DNA of 64,000 bases from Eledone cirrhosa (taxonomy: Eukaryota), in the NCBI GenBank assembly GCA_964016885.1, contig OZ024742.1:215016001-215080000 (forward strand), written 5' to 3'. Every line of letters starts with the position of its first letter. Positions within the stretch are counted from its first letter, which is position 1. Positions 25,500 through 39,327 of the stretch are shown here, piece after piece. A program made the position numbers and the translations under genes. The notes beneath the pieces were generated by a model, which saw nothing but the letters and a program-made list of their open reading frames with translations, ran no database searches and was not told the DNA's origin.

Positions 25500-28238
25500 T
25501 CATCTTGGCGGGCCAATGTACACGTCGTCCACTTCTCGCGACGGAGATGAAACAGGTGGCTTGCTGGGACAGCAATATTTTGGAGATTCTGGTGTAGAGA
25601 CAGTAACAATCTCCGAAATGGATTTTTTTTTAATCTGTCCACGCTGACAGAATTCTGTTTATCATCTAGATCGAGAATAAAATATTTCGGATATTTTTTA
25701 AGAACACGGTAAGTGCCAGAATATGGAGGTCGAAGATGAGCTGGGATGGTGTCGTTTTGAAAGAAAACGTGTGTCCAATCATTAATGTCTGAAGGTACAT
25801 GTGTGGCCGTGTTCTGTTGACGGGTGCTTGCAGGAGCAAGGTGAGACATATATTGTCGAAGACGGTGTACATATGATCCTAGGTCTGGAACGTCCTGAGG
25901 AGAGATGGGAGCAACCATCTGACCAGGTAGAACCAGGGTGGTGCCGTAGACTAATTCTGCAGGTGTGTGTCCGAATTCCTCCTTAACGGTAGATCGAATG
26001 CCCAGAGGGATGAGTGGCAGGTATTCGAACCAGTGGGTCTTGTCTGGATACGCTTTTATGGCAGCTTTCAATTGGCGATGGAATCTTTCCACGCGACCAT
26101 TAGCTTGCGGGTGATAAGCTGTCGTGCGGATGTGTTTACATCTTATCGGGTGAGTCAGTTCCCTGAAGAGGTGGGAGTCAAATTGGCGTCTTCTGTCTGT
26201 TTTTATCTTCGCTGGGGCGCCATAACGTGATACCCAGTGTAAAACCAAAGTTTAGCGACTGTTTCCGCTGAGTTATTACTTATGGGTAAAGCCTCAGGCC
26301 AACGGGAAAATCGATCTATGCAGGTGAGCAAGTGTGTGCAGTTCTGTGATGGTGGTAGAGGTCCGACGAATTCGATATGAACATGATGAAATCATGCATC
26401 AGGTTGCGCGAATGTGCCGAGTGGAGTTTTGATGTGACTGTGAACTTTGGCTTTCTGGCAGGCAATGCAGCTCCTGGACCAGTCGCGCACGTCCTTGTTA
26501 ATGTTAGTCCACACAAAACGAGCAGAGATGAGTTTCTGTCTAGCCCGGATTCCCGGGTGAGACAAACAGTGTAAAGCAGAAAAAAAACTTGCCGACGATG
26601 CATCTGTGGTACGTACGGTCATTTATGACCGGTAGAAAGGTCGCACCAAATTTGTCCCAGAGAAGAAGGAATGGGAACTTGCTGAAACTTGAGGGATGGC
26701 GAATTTCGGAGCTTGATAAACTCTTCGTCAGTCTTTTGGTCAGCTGCGATCTGTTGAAGGTCGATGCCTCAATGTACATGTATTGCGTTCAGCTGGATTT
26801 GGGACAAGGCGTCGTCTGCTACGTTGTCTGATCCCTTGATATGCCGAATATCAGTTGAATATTGGGAGACAAAATCCAGGTGGCGGAGTTCTCTCGGTGA
26901 ATGTTTGATCAGGTTTGGTACGGAACGCATAAGCTAGTGGTTTATGGTTCGTGTAGATCAAGAAATCCGATCCTTCGAGCATGAGGCGAAAATGTTTAAC
27001 TGAAAGGTAGGTTGCCAAGAGTTCGCGGCCAAACGTACTGTATTTGGTTTCTGCAGGTTGCAACCGCTTGGAAAAGAAGGATAAGGGTTGCCAAACACCG
27101 TCGACATAATGTTGTAAAACGTCCCCAACCCCCGTGTCTGATGCGTCTACTAGCAGCGAAAGAGGAGCGCCAGATCTGTGGAAAACGAGCATGGAAGCAT
27201 TTGCCAACATTTCTTTCAGGTGGTTGAAAGATGTTAGTTCTTCCTCGTTCAGAGTAATGTCTTCGTTTTTCCGAATCCAATTGCGAAGACAGTCCGTGAG
27301 GAGTCTGGCGGCGTCGGCACAATGAGGGATGAAACGCCTATAGAAATTTACCAAACCGAGGAATTCACGCAGTTTCCGAAGTGATGTAGGTGCAGGAAAA
27401 TTGCGGATAGCTTCTACTTTCTCAGGAAGTGGACGAATGCCGTCTTTATCAATGATGTGCCCGAGAAAGAACAGTGAAGGAACGCCGAGAAGGCACTTGC
27501 TGGGGTTGATGATAATACTGTACTCGGCCAAACGTTGGAAAGGAAGATCTAAGTGCTTCTCGTGTTCTTGCTCGGAAGTACTTGCTACTAGTACGTCGTC
27601 TATATACGCGTATACAAAGGGGAGATCACGTAACACGGTCTCAATAAACCGCTGAAAAGTGTGTGCAGCGTTGCGCAGACCGAACGGCATTCGCAGGAAC
27701 TCAAATAAACCAAACGGTGTTGTGATTGCCGTCTTCGGAACATCAGCCGGCTCTATAGGTTATATGCTCATACAAAATCTATCTTGGAAAATATGCGTGC
27801 GCCTTGCAGCGAGGCAAGTGAAACAAGAATAACACTAACCCGGGGTCCTGTATCCACGAGGTAACGGATGCCTGTCGCTTGGTCGTTGATAAAACACAGA
27901 CGACATTTCTTCTCAGTACCAGGTGTGAACGTCGCCGCTAAGGCCTGGTCTGCCCGTTTCCCATGGTGGTATTCTGGAAAGAGCACGGGGCCTAGCACTT
28001 AGATGCCTGTGCGCCGAATTCTGCCCGATACCAGCACAGTTTGCCAGACACACGATTTTGACTGGGACTTCTGGATCTTCGACGGTGAAAGGGCCTGGAT
28101 CGAATGTTGCTGCGCCGCCGGTGTGTTCGAAAGGGTTTCTAATTGATTTGAGAGGGCTTTAATTTGACCAGCCCACTCTCTGATCATAGACCGCAGCTCT
28201 GAAATCTCTGCCACTGTCGTTGATTGTGACATGTTCAT
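25500..28238 (-). pseudogene. pol: Disrupted gag-pol (gag C-terminus, PR, RT, RNase H, integrase)
   Basis: ORF fragments 27999-28238, 27768-27998, 26851-27690, 26392-26622 and 25394-26248. Confidence 0.88.
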
Positions 28239-28277
28239 GTTGGTTTCTTGTTAGGCTTCTGTCTGGTTGCGTGTTCT

Positions 28278-28297
28278 AATCACGTCAAGGTCACCGA
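28278..28297 (-). promoter_or_regulatory. Primer-binding site complementary to tRNA-Trp
   Basis: Plus strand aatcacgtcaaggtcaccga resembles the tRNA-Trp 3' end AATCACGTCGGGGTCACCA and abuts the LTR end. Confidence 0.8.
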
Positions 28298-28298
28298 T

Positions 28299-28749
28299 TG
28301 TAGTGAAGTGGTTAGTGGGTCTGGTCACTACTTCTGATCGAATGTGAGAATAGCCCTTAAAAGTACTGTTAGTGTAAGGATGAACAGGCGAAAGAAGAAG
28401 TTGAAAGGACGAGTAAGCAATAGATGTAGCTTCGTTCAAAGATTTATTCCGTCAATGAAGCGACACTACAGGGGGTCAAGGCGTGTGTTGGGGATCACAA
28501 GTGTGGCAGAGGTGAGGAACAACTATACGCTAGCTGACTCTGCCAAAGGTCGACTGGTGAAAGTGTTTAACACCATTCTATTTATGCAAAAATAAACGTT
28601 TGATGTTTAGCCGCTGTGTAGGCGTTTTATTTTGGTGGCTTAAGGGTTATTTGTTTCACTTGGGTGAGGTAGCTAGATAAGCAGATAGAAGAGTTGTTTA
28701 TTTCACTGGTAAAGATTGATGTAATTTCCGGTGGCATAACCATTGTACA
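28299..28749 (-). repeat. 5' LTR
   Basis: Plus strand starts tgtagtg next to the PBS; homologous to 24092-24550. Confidence 0.8.
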
Positions 28750-28820
28750 TAAACATAACCATTGTGAAGTAGTTCAGAAGCAGGAATAACTAAATAAATT
28801 AATAAGATAAAAAATAAAAA

Positions 28821-28909
<89 letters not shown>

Positions 28910-29263
28910 AAAGAATAGAGGTGTAACACACAAGTTATTATATATTGGTAAACGGAATAGAAAATGCTGACAAATTGTTCACAGTTGAAAAATGGTTTAA
29001 TTAGGAATAAAAGAGTATTAGTGATTGTATGGGTTAGTATTCAGTTGTGGTTTTAAGTTTTTAAGTTTTTACCGGTTGCGCATTTCTAAATGCTTTTCAA
29101 AAATAATTTTGAGATAGAGTGTCCGTGCTGTTTGCTCTGATCTGAACTTAAAAACTTAAAACCACAACTGAATACTAACCCATACAATCACTAATACTCT
29201 TTTATTCCTAATTAAACCATTTTTCAACTGTGAACAATTTGTCAGCATTTTCTATTCCGTTTA

Positions 29264-29299
<36 letters not shown>

Positions 29300-29340
29300 C
29301 GAAACATAAGTCAATTGTATGAACTCATAATCCTTTATTT

Positions 29341-29396
29341 ACTGCTATATATATTTCGATGATAGCCATTGAATTGCTATGACCTCATCAAGCAGT
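29341..29396 (-). ncRNA. Minimal hammerhead (family B), U3 variant
   Basis: actgc TTGATGA ggtCatagc aattcaatg gctatCatc GAAA tatata TA gcagt; lies downstream of a degenerate GIY-YIG-like remnant (KYIG) at ~29650. Confidence 0.65.
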
Positions 29397-30041
29397 TAGT
29401 CAGTTCTTAGATATGCCAGCTCTGTGTGTATAGTGTTGATGGTATCAGAGCCTTGGGACATATGAGCTTGTTAGGAATATTTTGATGTTGTCAGCAGGAA
29501 TAGTCTTGATTCTCATTGGTCAGTTTGTAGATGGTAGTAGGTTGGTATTTGACCTCAAAGAGGCAGGTGGTTCTGTGAGGTTCAAACCATCAGGCAGGAT
29601 GACAATAGTTCCACATGACTGATTTTCACAAAAGGCATTCTTGGTCCGATATACTTTTAAATAAGGTTAATAGTATGAAATAGATACTACAGGTCATTCT
29701 TAAATTGAGGAATTTATGTGGAGTGGTGCTACTGAAAATTATGGTTGGAGTAGAAGTTTTGCAAATAAAAAGGGTTATGTAGGTTGGCTTACACTACACT
29801 CACACCCACCACTACAGACACATACACACATCCACACATAAAAAAGTGGGGTGGTAATACTTAATATAATGGTTAGAGTCCAATACTTAGATAGTTTAGA
29901 AAATTTAGAAATTAAAGGTTTATGCTGGTTCACTTGTACATACACTCACACCTACCCCCTCAAACAATCACACATCTACACACACAAATCCATACAGGTG
30001 TGCATATATACATATGCATGCATGCATGTACGCACAAGTAT

Positions 30042-30088
<47 letters not shown>

Positions 30089-31255
30089 TATAAAATATAT
30101 ATATACACAGAACATGCATATATATGAAATATATACATACAAAAAGATTTTTAAAATATATATACATAGGCACACACACACACCACAAAATATATACACA
30201 CGTAAGACATATATATATATATATATATATAAAATATTAAACAAATAATGAATAAACAATTCCTTATATTAAACAAAAAAAGTTCATTATTTAACGATCG
30301 TTTCTAGGATATATATGTGTTAGAATTGGTATGCATATTCAACAGATCTATGTACAAAATTATACAAAATTATACAAATTATCAAGATTAAATATACATA
30401 CCAAACACATATATACGCCGTCTTCAGAAATAATGAAGTATATTTATTGATAATAACAACAATTCAAAATTTCAGTTCAAAATTGACCAATGAAAACACA
30501 AAGGGTTAAATGCAGTTTGGTGTGTGTATATACATGTAAAACCCTTACACATATTTTACAAAAATGTATGTATAATTTGTATACGCATACTAAAAGGATG
30601 GATGCAAATACAAAATTTCAAGGTTAATGTCTCTGTAAGCTTACAATGCGCAGATAAGATGCGCATTGATACTTATGAAATCAAGTATATAAATATATTT
30701 TTTCATACTCACACATATCAGTACAATCACACATACACGCGCGTATATGCATAAATATACACATAACCACGAACATACAAACACACACACACCCCCACTC
30801 ACATTTATATATGTGGATATAAAATCATAAGCACATGGATATTAATTCACTCACATAAAACACTGGTACACACATTTTTAGATCAAGATACAGAAATTAG
30901 GTGGGAGGGGGGGGAGGGGTCAGTATTCAATTGTCTGAGCAGACTGCCTAATATAAATGTATCTATAAATTAAGAAAAATAAAAAAATAAAACAATAAAA
31001 TATAATAAATATAATATAATATACATACACATACAGATATATACACATACATACATGTACACACACATAGAAATATTTACGCATACACACATACACACAT
31101 ACATATACAGTCATACACACACATACACCTACACGAACATACACATACACATATATAAAGATATATATATACACACATACACGCACGCAACACATACACA
31201 CATACACATATATATAAAAAATAAATAATAAAGATATATACCCATATATATATAT

Positions 31256-31298
<43 letters not shown>

Positions 31299-31716
31299 TA
31301 CACATACATCTAAATATACATACACATACACACACACATACATGTACATACATGTACATATACGCACATCGACATACATATATATATATATATATATACA
31401 CACACATAGACATATAGATACATACACACACAACTTACATACACACATATATATATACACGTATATTCATACATAGAATTAGATATATAATCATACATAC
31501 ATATGTACTTACTTATACTCATATATACAAATACATACGCATCCATATATGCGTATATACATAAAAAACCACTACAACCTCACATAAACTCAGACATACA
31601 AATAAAAATAATAATAAAAAAAAATAATAAAAAGGCATATGTATATACATACACACACGCATTAATAGAGATATATATATACACACATACATACACATAT
31701 ATATATATATATATAT

Positions 31717-31793
<77 letters not shown>

Positions 31794-31899
31794 TACACTC
31801 ATACATATATATAAACATATATATACACATAGATATCCACACACTTATACCACCATAAATACACATACAAACACCCACATATACATATATATACACACG

Positions 31900-31931
<32 letters not shown>

Positions 31932-32051
31932 TAAAAAACAGACATGCACATATATATATATTTTTTTACACTTATATATACACATATTATATAGACATAC
32001 ACAACCTCAACTTATACACACATACACATAAGTTATATTATAATAATAAAG

Positions 32052-32090
<39 letters not shown>

Positions 32091-32093
32091 TAT

Positions 32094-32682
32094 GGTGGCT
32101 GCCAACTCGTCTTCGAGTACGGCCACTACTTTATAACCATGTAGGAGAACCCCTACCGATACGCTGAACGAGTGTGACTTTTTAGTCCAGCCAGCAACTT
32201 GAAAACTCCGGTACAAACACTACACCTGTGACAACTATTGACACATAGTGCTGGGCCCATGGTACCATGTAATGACAAGTGCAGAGAGATCTCCAGATAC
32301 AAAGCAATGCCTGTGCCGTGAAGCTTTTATAGTGAGCAAAGGCACTGCACAAAGCCAGTCCCACTCTCTTAACCAAGATGATATTTACCAAAAAGAAGAA
32401 CAAGTCAACATCATTGGATACCATCAGGGTTGCAGGTGTTATATCAGAGTTTTCCTTCTCCTAGAATTCTGCCTTGACAAAGGCTAAGGGGTCATCTCTC
32501 CCGGTGATTTTGGATGGCCATTGACTCTTAAGAGCTCCTTTGCCCTTTGACAGGTTTTGTTTTTAGTCCTGCAGGATGTCCAAAGTCACCCTCCTCACCA
32601 AGAAACCTTAGTGGGGTTGCCAGTTTAGTCGCCAACGACCCGACCATGAGACAGGTTGTACTGGGATACATGTTACCAGTAG
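32094..32682 (-). mobile_element. 589-bp non-autonomous retroposon inserted only in unit 1 (possibly RTE-derived)
   Basis: Absent from units 2 and 3; flanked by tacatatatat direct repeats (32083-32093 and 32683-32693); tggcaacccc.act resembles RTE/BovB 5' UTR; strand is inferred. Confidence 0.7.
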
Positions 32683-32792
32683 TACATATATATATATATA
32701 TACATACATACATACATATACATACATACATATAAACATATACATACATAAATACACACATACGAATATAGACATATATTCACACATAGACA

Positions 32793-32858
<66 letters not shown>

Positions 32859-33991
32859 TACATATACACAGACACATATACACACTCACATATATATATG
32901 TGTGTGTGTGCACACACACATATATACACACACACACACAAATACACATAAACACATACATATGCATACATGCACACACACACACATATATCACATAGAT
33001 ACGAAGATAAACATATAAATAGAGAGACATACATATATATACAACACACATACACACACATACATACACACGCATATACATATACATATATATATACATA
33101 TATATATTCCTATATATACATACATACACATATATACACATATATACACATACATACACATATACGTACACACATTCACATACACATACATATATAATGC
33201 ATATATACACATATATACATACATATACACACTCATATATACACACGCAATCTTACATTCATATTTGCATGCGCATATATGTATTTTTATATTTAGATAT
33301 AAATACCCAAACCTATATAGACACCTACCTACATATATATTCATACATAGACGCTTACAAATACAGATGATAATAGTATGGGGGAAAGGGGGGGTTTGGA
33401 GAAGGGGATCAAAGTAAATATATGTTTCAAGAAACAGAATATTTTCCGTATCTTTATCCAATGTATGTTCTTACATATTTTCAGTGTTAGGAAATACAAA
33501 CCAACAAGAACTAAGGCAAAATCTATGCGTCTCAAAATAAATAAGTATACCATTAATCATATGTTAACTAAACCAAAGATAGTCAACATATTGACTTCTA
33601 AGGTGTAAATTAGTTAGGTTTATAATATTTGAAGCAGAATTTTGAAGTTAAACAGTAGTAGATTATTAATTACAGTATAACTAAATTAAAGTTAATAACG
33701 TTATGGTATCAATATTAGGAAATGAATTTAGTAATAGGGAAAAAAAAAAAAAAAAAAAAAAAACACAAATAAAAATAAAATAAAGTATTACATCGGTAGT
33801 AGAATATAAATTATATGTTAACTAAATTAAAAATTATATATTTATTTCAATAGTATATGTTAATTAGGTATACAATACATAAAGCAGATATTGTATTTCA
33901 TCAATAGCATAATATAATTATATGCAAATAGAAATCAAAATTAATACGCATACATATACATATACATACACATACATATATACATACATAT

Positions 33992-34040
<49 letters not shown>

Positions 34041-34562
34041 TACATACATACACATATACATACACACACACACATACACATACACATATACATATACATA
34101 TCTTTTTCAAAAAATTGCATAGAATATATTAACTAGGTATATATCCAAAACACATCCCATTCTATGATTACATGACATTCTGCAATTCGTCTGTATAAGG
34201 ATACTAATTTTAAGCAAATTAAAATTAAAATTTTAGGTTGATTAAAACTAAAACCAAATAATAAATATATTTCTAAAATGTATATTAATTAGGTCTATAA
34301 TACTAAAAATTATTTCTCTGTCATTGGATACACGATATTATTTTGTTATATTTTATCTGTAAAAGAATTATAATAAAAGGTTTAAATAAGTTAAAATTAA
34401 TCTATAAATTAAATTACTAAGTATATATTAGTAATATTTAAAGGTTTTTCACAATTTATGATTACATAATATTTTATATTCTCATCTGTAATAAAATATT
34501 AATTAAATTAAATTTATAGGTTAACTAACATTTAAATTAAATTAATTTCTAAAATAATGTTA

Positions 34563-37004
34563 TTAATTAGGTTTATAATATTTAAATGTTTTTTTTAGTT
34601 TATGATTACACGATATAATTAATTCCTGTCGTTTATTTAATAAGAAATCCTTAGACTTCATTATTTCAAATAGTTCTTGGGAACATAATCTACATTCATT
34701 TCTATTATTTTGATAAGGGGTGGCTCTTTTGAGCACACTCCAGGTCAAATCATATTTTATATTCTTATTTTTATAACTATTGATTTTTTCTGCTAGAGAT
34801 GTTGTATTAGCCAGTGCGGCATTTTTAAAACTATGCTTGTGGGTATTAAACCTTGTCTTAAAATTGTTAGAGGTAGCTCCTATATATGAGCAAATAGAAT
34901 CTTTAGTTTTAACATTACATTTATAGACTATGTTGTTAACAAGACAATTCCCTTTTAATGGGCAGTTTGCTTTGTTTCTACAGTTACATCCTTTCGTTAA
35001 TTCTGTATTTGAGGAGATATTATGGTTAATTTGATGTACTGGTGGTATACTTATGGTTTTCTTACATTTATATGCATTATATGCACTTATATTTTGTTTT
35101 ATGTTATTTGTTGTAGAGTATGAGAATTTAACTGTAGACCTATTTAAGATTTGATGGTATTTGTGGTTTGGCGGGAAGTTTTTCTCAAGGATATAAAAAA
35201 ATTTTTTAGCAATATTATCCTTAACTTGTAAATTAAAAGGAGCATTATACCAAGTAACCCGTCTATTACGGTTTCTATGTTGTTTATTATTTTTATTATT
35301 TTTATAGGTTGTATCGTGATTTTTACTAGGAGGATTAATGTTAATGATCTCACCACAACTATTTTTAGTTATATTTGTAGATTTAGGTGTTTTATCCTTT
35401 TTATTAGGAGTTTTATTATTAATATTTATTATAGTTGTATGATGAGTAGTTTTTTGAGAGTTACTATACTTTATATTAGAAGATTTAGTATTTTGGGGTA
35501 TAGTGTGGGTGGCATTTAGGTGTGTACTTTTCATTTGGTGTTTGTTGGTAATATTATGTTGTATGCTTTCAGTATTTTTAGTAGAAGGTATATACTCTAA
35601 TCTATTTTTGTGGCCACTTCTATCTAGAGCTTCGTTATAGAAGGTCGCATTTTTATCAAATACATCTTGGTTAGAAGAAAGGTTAGAAATTCTAAGTGAT
35701 ATATTATATGCAAGGTTTTTAAGGATAGATTTAGGGTGATTAGATTGTGAGTGTATGTAATGTAAGTTTTGGTTAGGTTTATGGTAAGGTTGGTAGATAC
35801 CCGTAGCTAAATCTAAAGTTATATCTAGGAAATTTACTACTTTACTTGTTTTTTCAAAAGTAATATTAAGATTATAATAGTCTTTAAGGAAAGTTCTAAT
35901 ATGTTTTTTGTTTTTTTCGATTTCTGAAAGGCTAAGGTTGTTAGAAAGAAGAAGACAGTCATCACGATATAAACCACCTTTGAGGTGGGGAAAAGAGGCA
36001 TTTATGTTGAAAAGGAGAAAGAGGCCCACAAGATCAGTAATTTGGGCGGAATCGCTTGAACCCATAGTAATATCAAAAAGATTACTGTATGTGTTTCTGG
36101 TCCAGTATTCATTCTGAAATTCAATAAGTGTTAGTCTAGCATGTGTAATAATGTTAATGTCATCCAAAGTTAAGTTAGATCTATTTTTAGCAAATATCAA
36201 TGCTTTGTTCAGGAGTATAGGTGATATAGAAGAATAGTAATTATCTATATCAAATTGTAGGAAAGAAGCAGAAGATTTACACCTAATATTTTTAAACCAG
36301 TTAATTACCTGGGAGGTGTTTTCCCAGAGTGGTAAAATAACGTGTTTTCTTATTTGTGGGATGACTCTATCTAAAATTTTTTTGCTAATTATTCCAATAT
36401 CTGATTTGGAGGGACATATAAGTCTAATAGAAGGATTTGAGTTAAAGTTAGATTTGTGATCTTTCAGGTTGAAGTGTGGTCTTTTCAATGCCAAAGGTTC
36501 AGTTCTATCTTCAATGTTTAGTTTTTTTACTATGTTGTGTGTTTTGTTGTTGATGTTGGTGAGTGACACATTATTAGATTTTTTATAATTTTTTCTGAGT
36601 TCTTTATATATGAACTCATTATAATGTTCAATATCCATATGATACAAGTTACCAGTTTTGTCCGAGTGGACATGGATTTTTTTAGACTTTTTTAGGTCCA
36701 ATAGGGTAGAATCAAGGTCCTTTTGAAAGACGGATTTATACTTTTTAAATTTGAGGTGTTTAATTAAATTAAAAAGGTCTTTCTCGAAGTCTTCAAGTAA
36801 AAAGTTGTGTGGTGGATTCTTGTAAGTATTGAAATCATACATATATTTCCGATCTGCTTGTTTAGATTTTCTATCGAAGTGGTAGGCTCTCCATCTAACC
36901 CTTCTGATAAAATTATTAGTTTTCTGAATCATAAGGAGTAAGAAGTCGTCCTTAGAAGGTATTGGTATGTTTTTTAAGGAGGTTCCTAAATATTGTTTTT
37001 CCAT
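34563..37004 (-). CDS. Intact PLE polyprotein (RT + GIY-YIG endonuclease), 813 aa from the first ATG
   Basis: SLKNIPIPS, RRVRWRA, DKTG, FDIDNYYSSI, ITMGSSDSAQ, GLYRDD, FLDI, SNHP, CNC..CP..G.C, VYKC..YIGAT..FKTRF..H, CRLC..E; no stops; the track's start at 37025 is TTG. Confidence 0.93.
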   Translation of the reverse strand: MEKQYLGTSLKNIPIPSKDDFLLLMIQKTNNFIRRVRWRAYHFDRKSKQADRKYMYDFNTYKNPPHNFLLEDFEKDLFNLIKHLKFKKYKSVFQKDLDSTLLDLKKSKKIHVHSDKTGNLYHMDIEHYNEFIYKELRKNYKKSNNVSLTNINNKTHNIVKKLNIEDRTEPLALKRPHFNLKDHKSNFNSNPSIRLICPSKSDIGIISKKILDRVIPQIRKHVILPLWENTSQVINWFKNIRCKSSASFLQFDIDNYYSSISPILLNKALIFAKNRSNLTLDDINIITHARLTLIEFQNEYWTRNTYSNLFDITMGSSDSAQITDLVGLFLLFNINASFPHLKGGLYRDDCLLLSNNLSLSEIEKNKKHIRTFLKDYYNLNITFEKTSKVVNFLDITLDLATGIYQPYHKPNQNLHYIHSQSNHPKSILKNLAYNISLRISNLSSNQDVFDKNATFYNEALDRSGHKNRLEYIPSTKNTESIQHNITNKHQMKSTHLNATHTIPQNTKSSNIKYSNSQKTTHHTTIININNKTPNKKDKTPKSTNITKNSCGEIININPPSKNHDTTYKNNKNNKQHRNRNRRVTWYNAPFNLQVKDNIAKKFFYILEKNFPPNHKYHQILNRSTVKFSYSTTNNIKQNISAYNAYKCKKTISIPPVHQINHNISSNTELTKGCNCRNKANCPLKGNCLVNNIVYKCNVKTKDSICSYIGATSNNFKTRFNTHKHSFKNAALANTTSLAEKINSYKNKNIKYDLTWSVLKRATPYQNNRNECRLCSQELFEIMKSKDFLLNKRQELIISCNHKLKKTFKYYKPN

Positions 37005-38320
37005 TGTGATATGGATGATGGACAATTGAAAGAGCTCAACTAAATGTATATGGGTTTACAAAATCATACATATATATATGTTTATACATAAATATAAAAT
37101 TAATACACACATACAGTACAAAAATACGAATATTTCCGTGAAAATAGGAGCAAAATTATGTAGATAAATCTACCAAGAGTTTACGGTAGTGTCCAATCCG
37201 TATGAAGAACTCAATGTATTCCGGATATCATGGAAAGAAGAGATGTAATGAAAAACCACTTTCGGTGAAAGATAAACGGTATACAGAGTCAAGATAAAAT
37301 ATTAAACAAATAATGAATAAACAATTCCTTATATTAAACAAAAAAAGTTCATTATTTAACGATCGTTTCTAGGATATATATGTGTTAGAATTGGTATGCA
37401 TATTCAACAGATCTATGTACAAAATTATACAAAATTATACAAATTATCAAGATTAAATATACATACCAAACACATATATACGCCGTCTTCAGAAATAATG
37501 AAGTATATTTATTGATAATAACAACAATTCAAAATTTCAGTTCAAAATTGACCAATGAAAACACAAAGGGTTAAATGCAGTTTGGTGTGTGTATATACAT
37601 GTAAAACCCTTACACATATTTTACAAAAATGTATGTATAATTTGTATACGCATACTAAAAGGATGGATGCAAATACAAAATTTCAAGGTTAATGTCTCTG
37701 TAAGCTTACAATGCGCAGATAAGATGCGCATTGATACTTATGAAATCAAGTATATAAATATATTTTTTCATACTCACACATATCAGTACAATCACACATA
37801 CACGCGCGTATATGCATAAATATACACATAACCACGAACATACAAACACACACACGCCCCCACTCACATTTATATATGTGGATATAAAATCATAAGCACA
37901 TGGATATTAATTCACTCACATAAAACACTGGTACACACATTTTTAGATCAAGATACAGAAATTAGGTGGGAGGGGGGGGAGGGGTCAGTATTCAATTGTC
38001 TGAGCAGACTGCCTAATATAAATGTATCTATAAATTAAGAAAAATAAAAAAATAAAACAATAAAATATAATAAATATAATATAATATACATACACATACA
38101 GATATATACACATACATACATGTACACACACATAGAAATATTTACGCATACACACATACACACATACATATACAGTCATACACACACATACACCTACACG
38201 AACATACACATACACATATATAAAGATATATATATACACACATACACGCACGCAACACATACACACATACACATATATATAAAAAATAAATAATAAAGAT
38301 ATATACCCATATATATATAT

Positions 38321-38365
<45 letters not shown>

Positions 38366-38763
38366 TACACATACATCTAAATATACATACACATACACAC
38401 ACACATACATGTACATACATGTACATATACGCACATCGACATACATATATATATATATATATATACACACACATAGACATATAGATACATACACACACAA
38501 CTTACATACACACATATATATATACACGTATATTCATACATAGAATTAGATATATAATCATACATACATATGTACTTACTTATACTCATATATACAAATA
38601 CATACGCATCCATATATGCGTATATACATAAAAAACCACTACAACCTCACATAAACTCAGACATACAAATAAAAATAATAATAAAAAAAAATAATAAAAA
38701 GGCATATGTATATACATACACACACGCATTAATAGAGATATATATATACACACATACATACAC

Positions 38764-38864
<101 letters not shown>

Positions 38865-38970
38865 TACACTCATACATATATATAAACATATATATACACA
38901 TAGATATCCACACACTTATACCACCATAAATACACATACAAACACCCACATATACATATATATACACACG

Positions 38971-39002
<32 letters not shown>

Positions 39003-39122
39003 TAAAAAACAGACATGCACATATATATATATTTTTTTACACTTATATATACACATATTATATAGACATACACAACCTCAACTTATACACACATACACAT
39101 AAGTTATATTATAATAATAAAG

Positions 39123-39173
<51 letters not shown>

Positions 39174-39263
39174 CATACATACATACATATACATACATAC
39201 ATATAAACATATACATACATAAATACACACATACGAATATAGACATATATTCACACATAGACA

Positions 39264-39327
<64 letters not shown>

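Larger units (their letters stand above)
24092..28749 (-). mobile_element. Gypsy LTR retrotransposon, CsRn1/Kabuki-like clade, decayed with internal deletions
   Basis: Paired diverged LTRs; Trp PBS; gag CWY..FG..A.KC..PC; protease YLVDTG; RT MPFGLRNA..YIDD; RNase H DAS..ELLA; integrase H..C and NGRVERFHR. Confidence 0.92.

Noticed and set aside
34563-37004. Selenoprotein-type Naiad (in-frame TGA)
   Set aside because: The ORF has no internal stop and the zinc-motif positions are ordinary Cys
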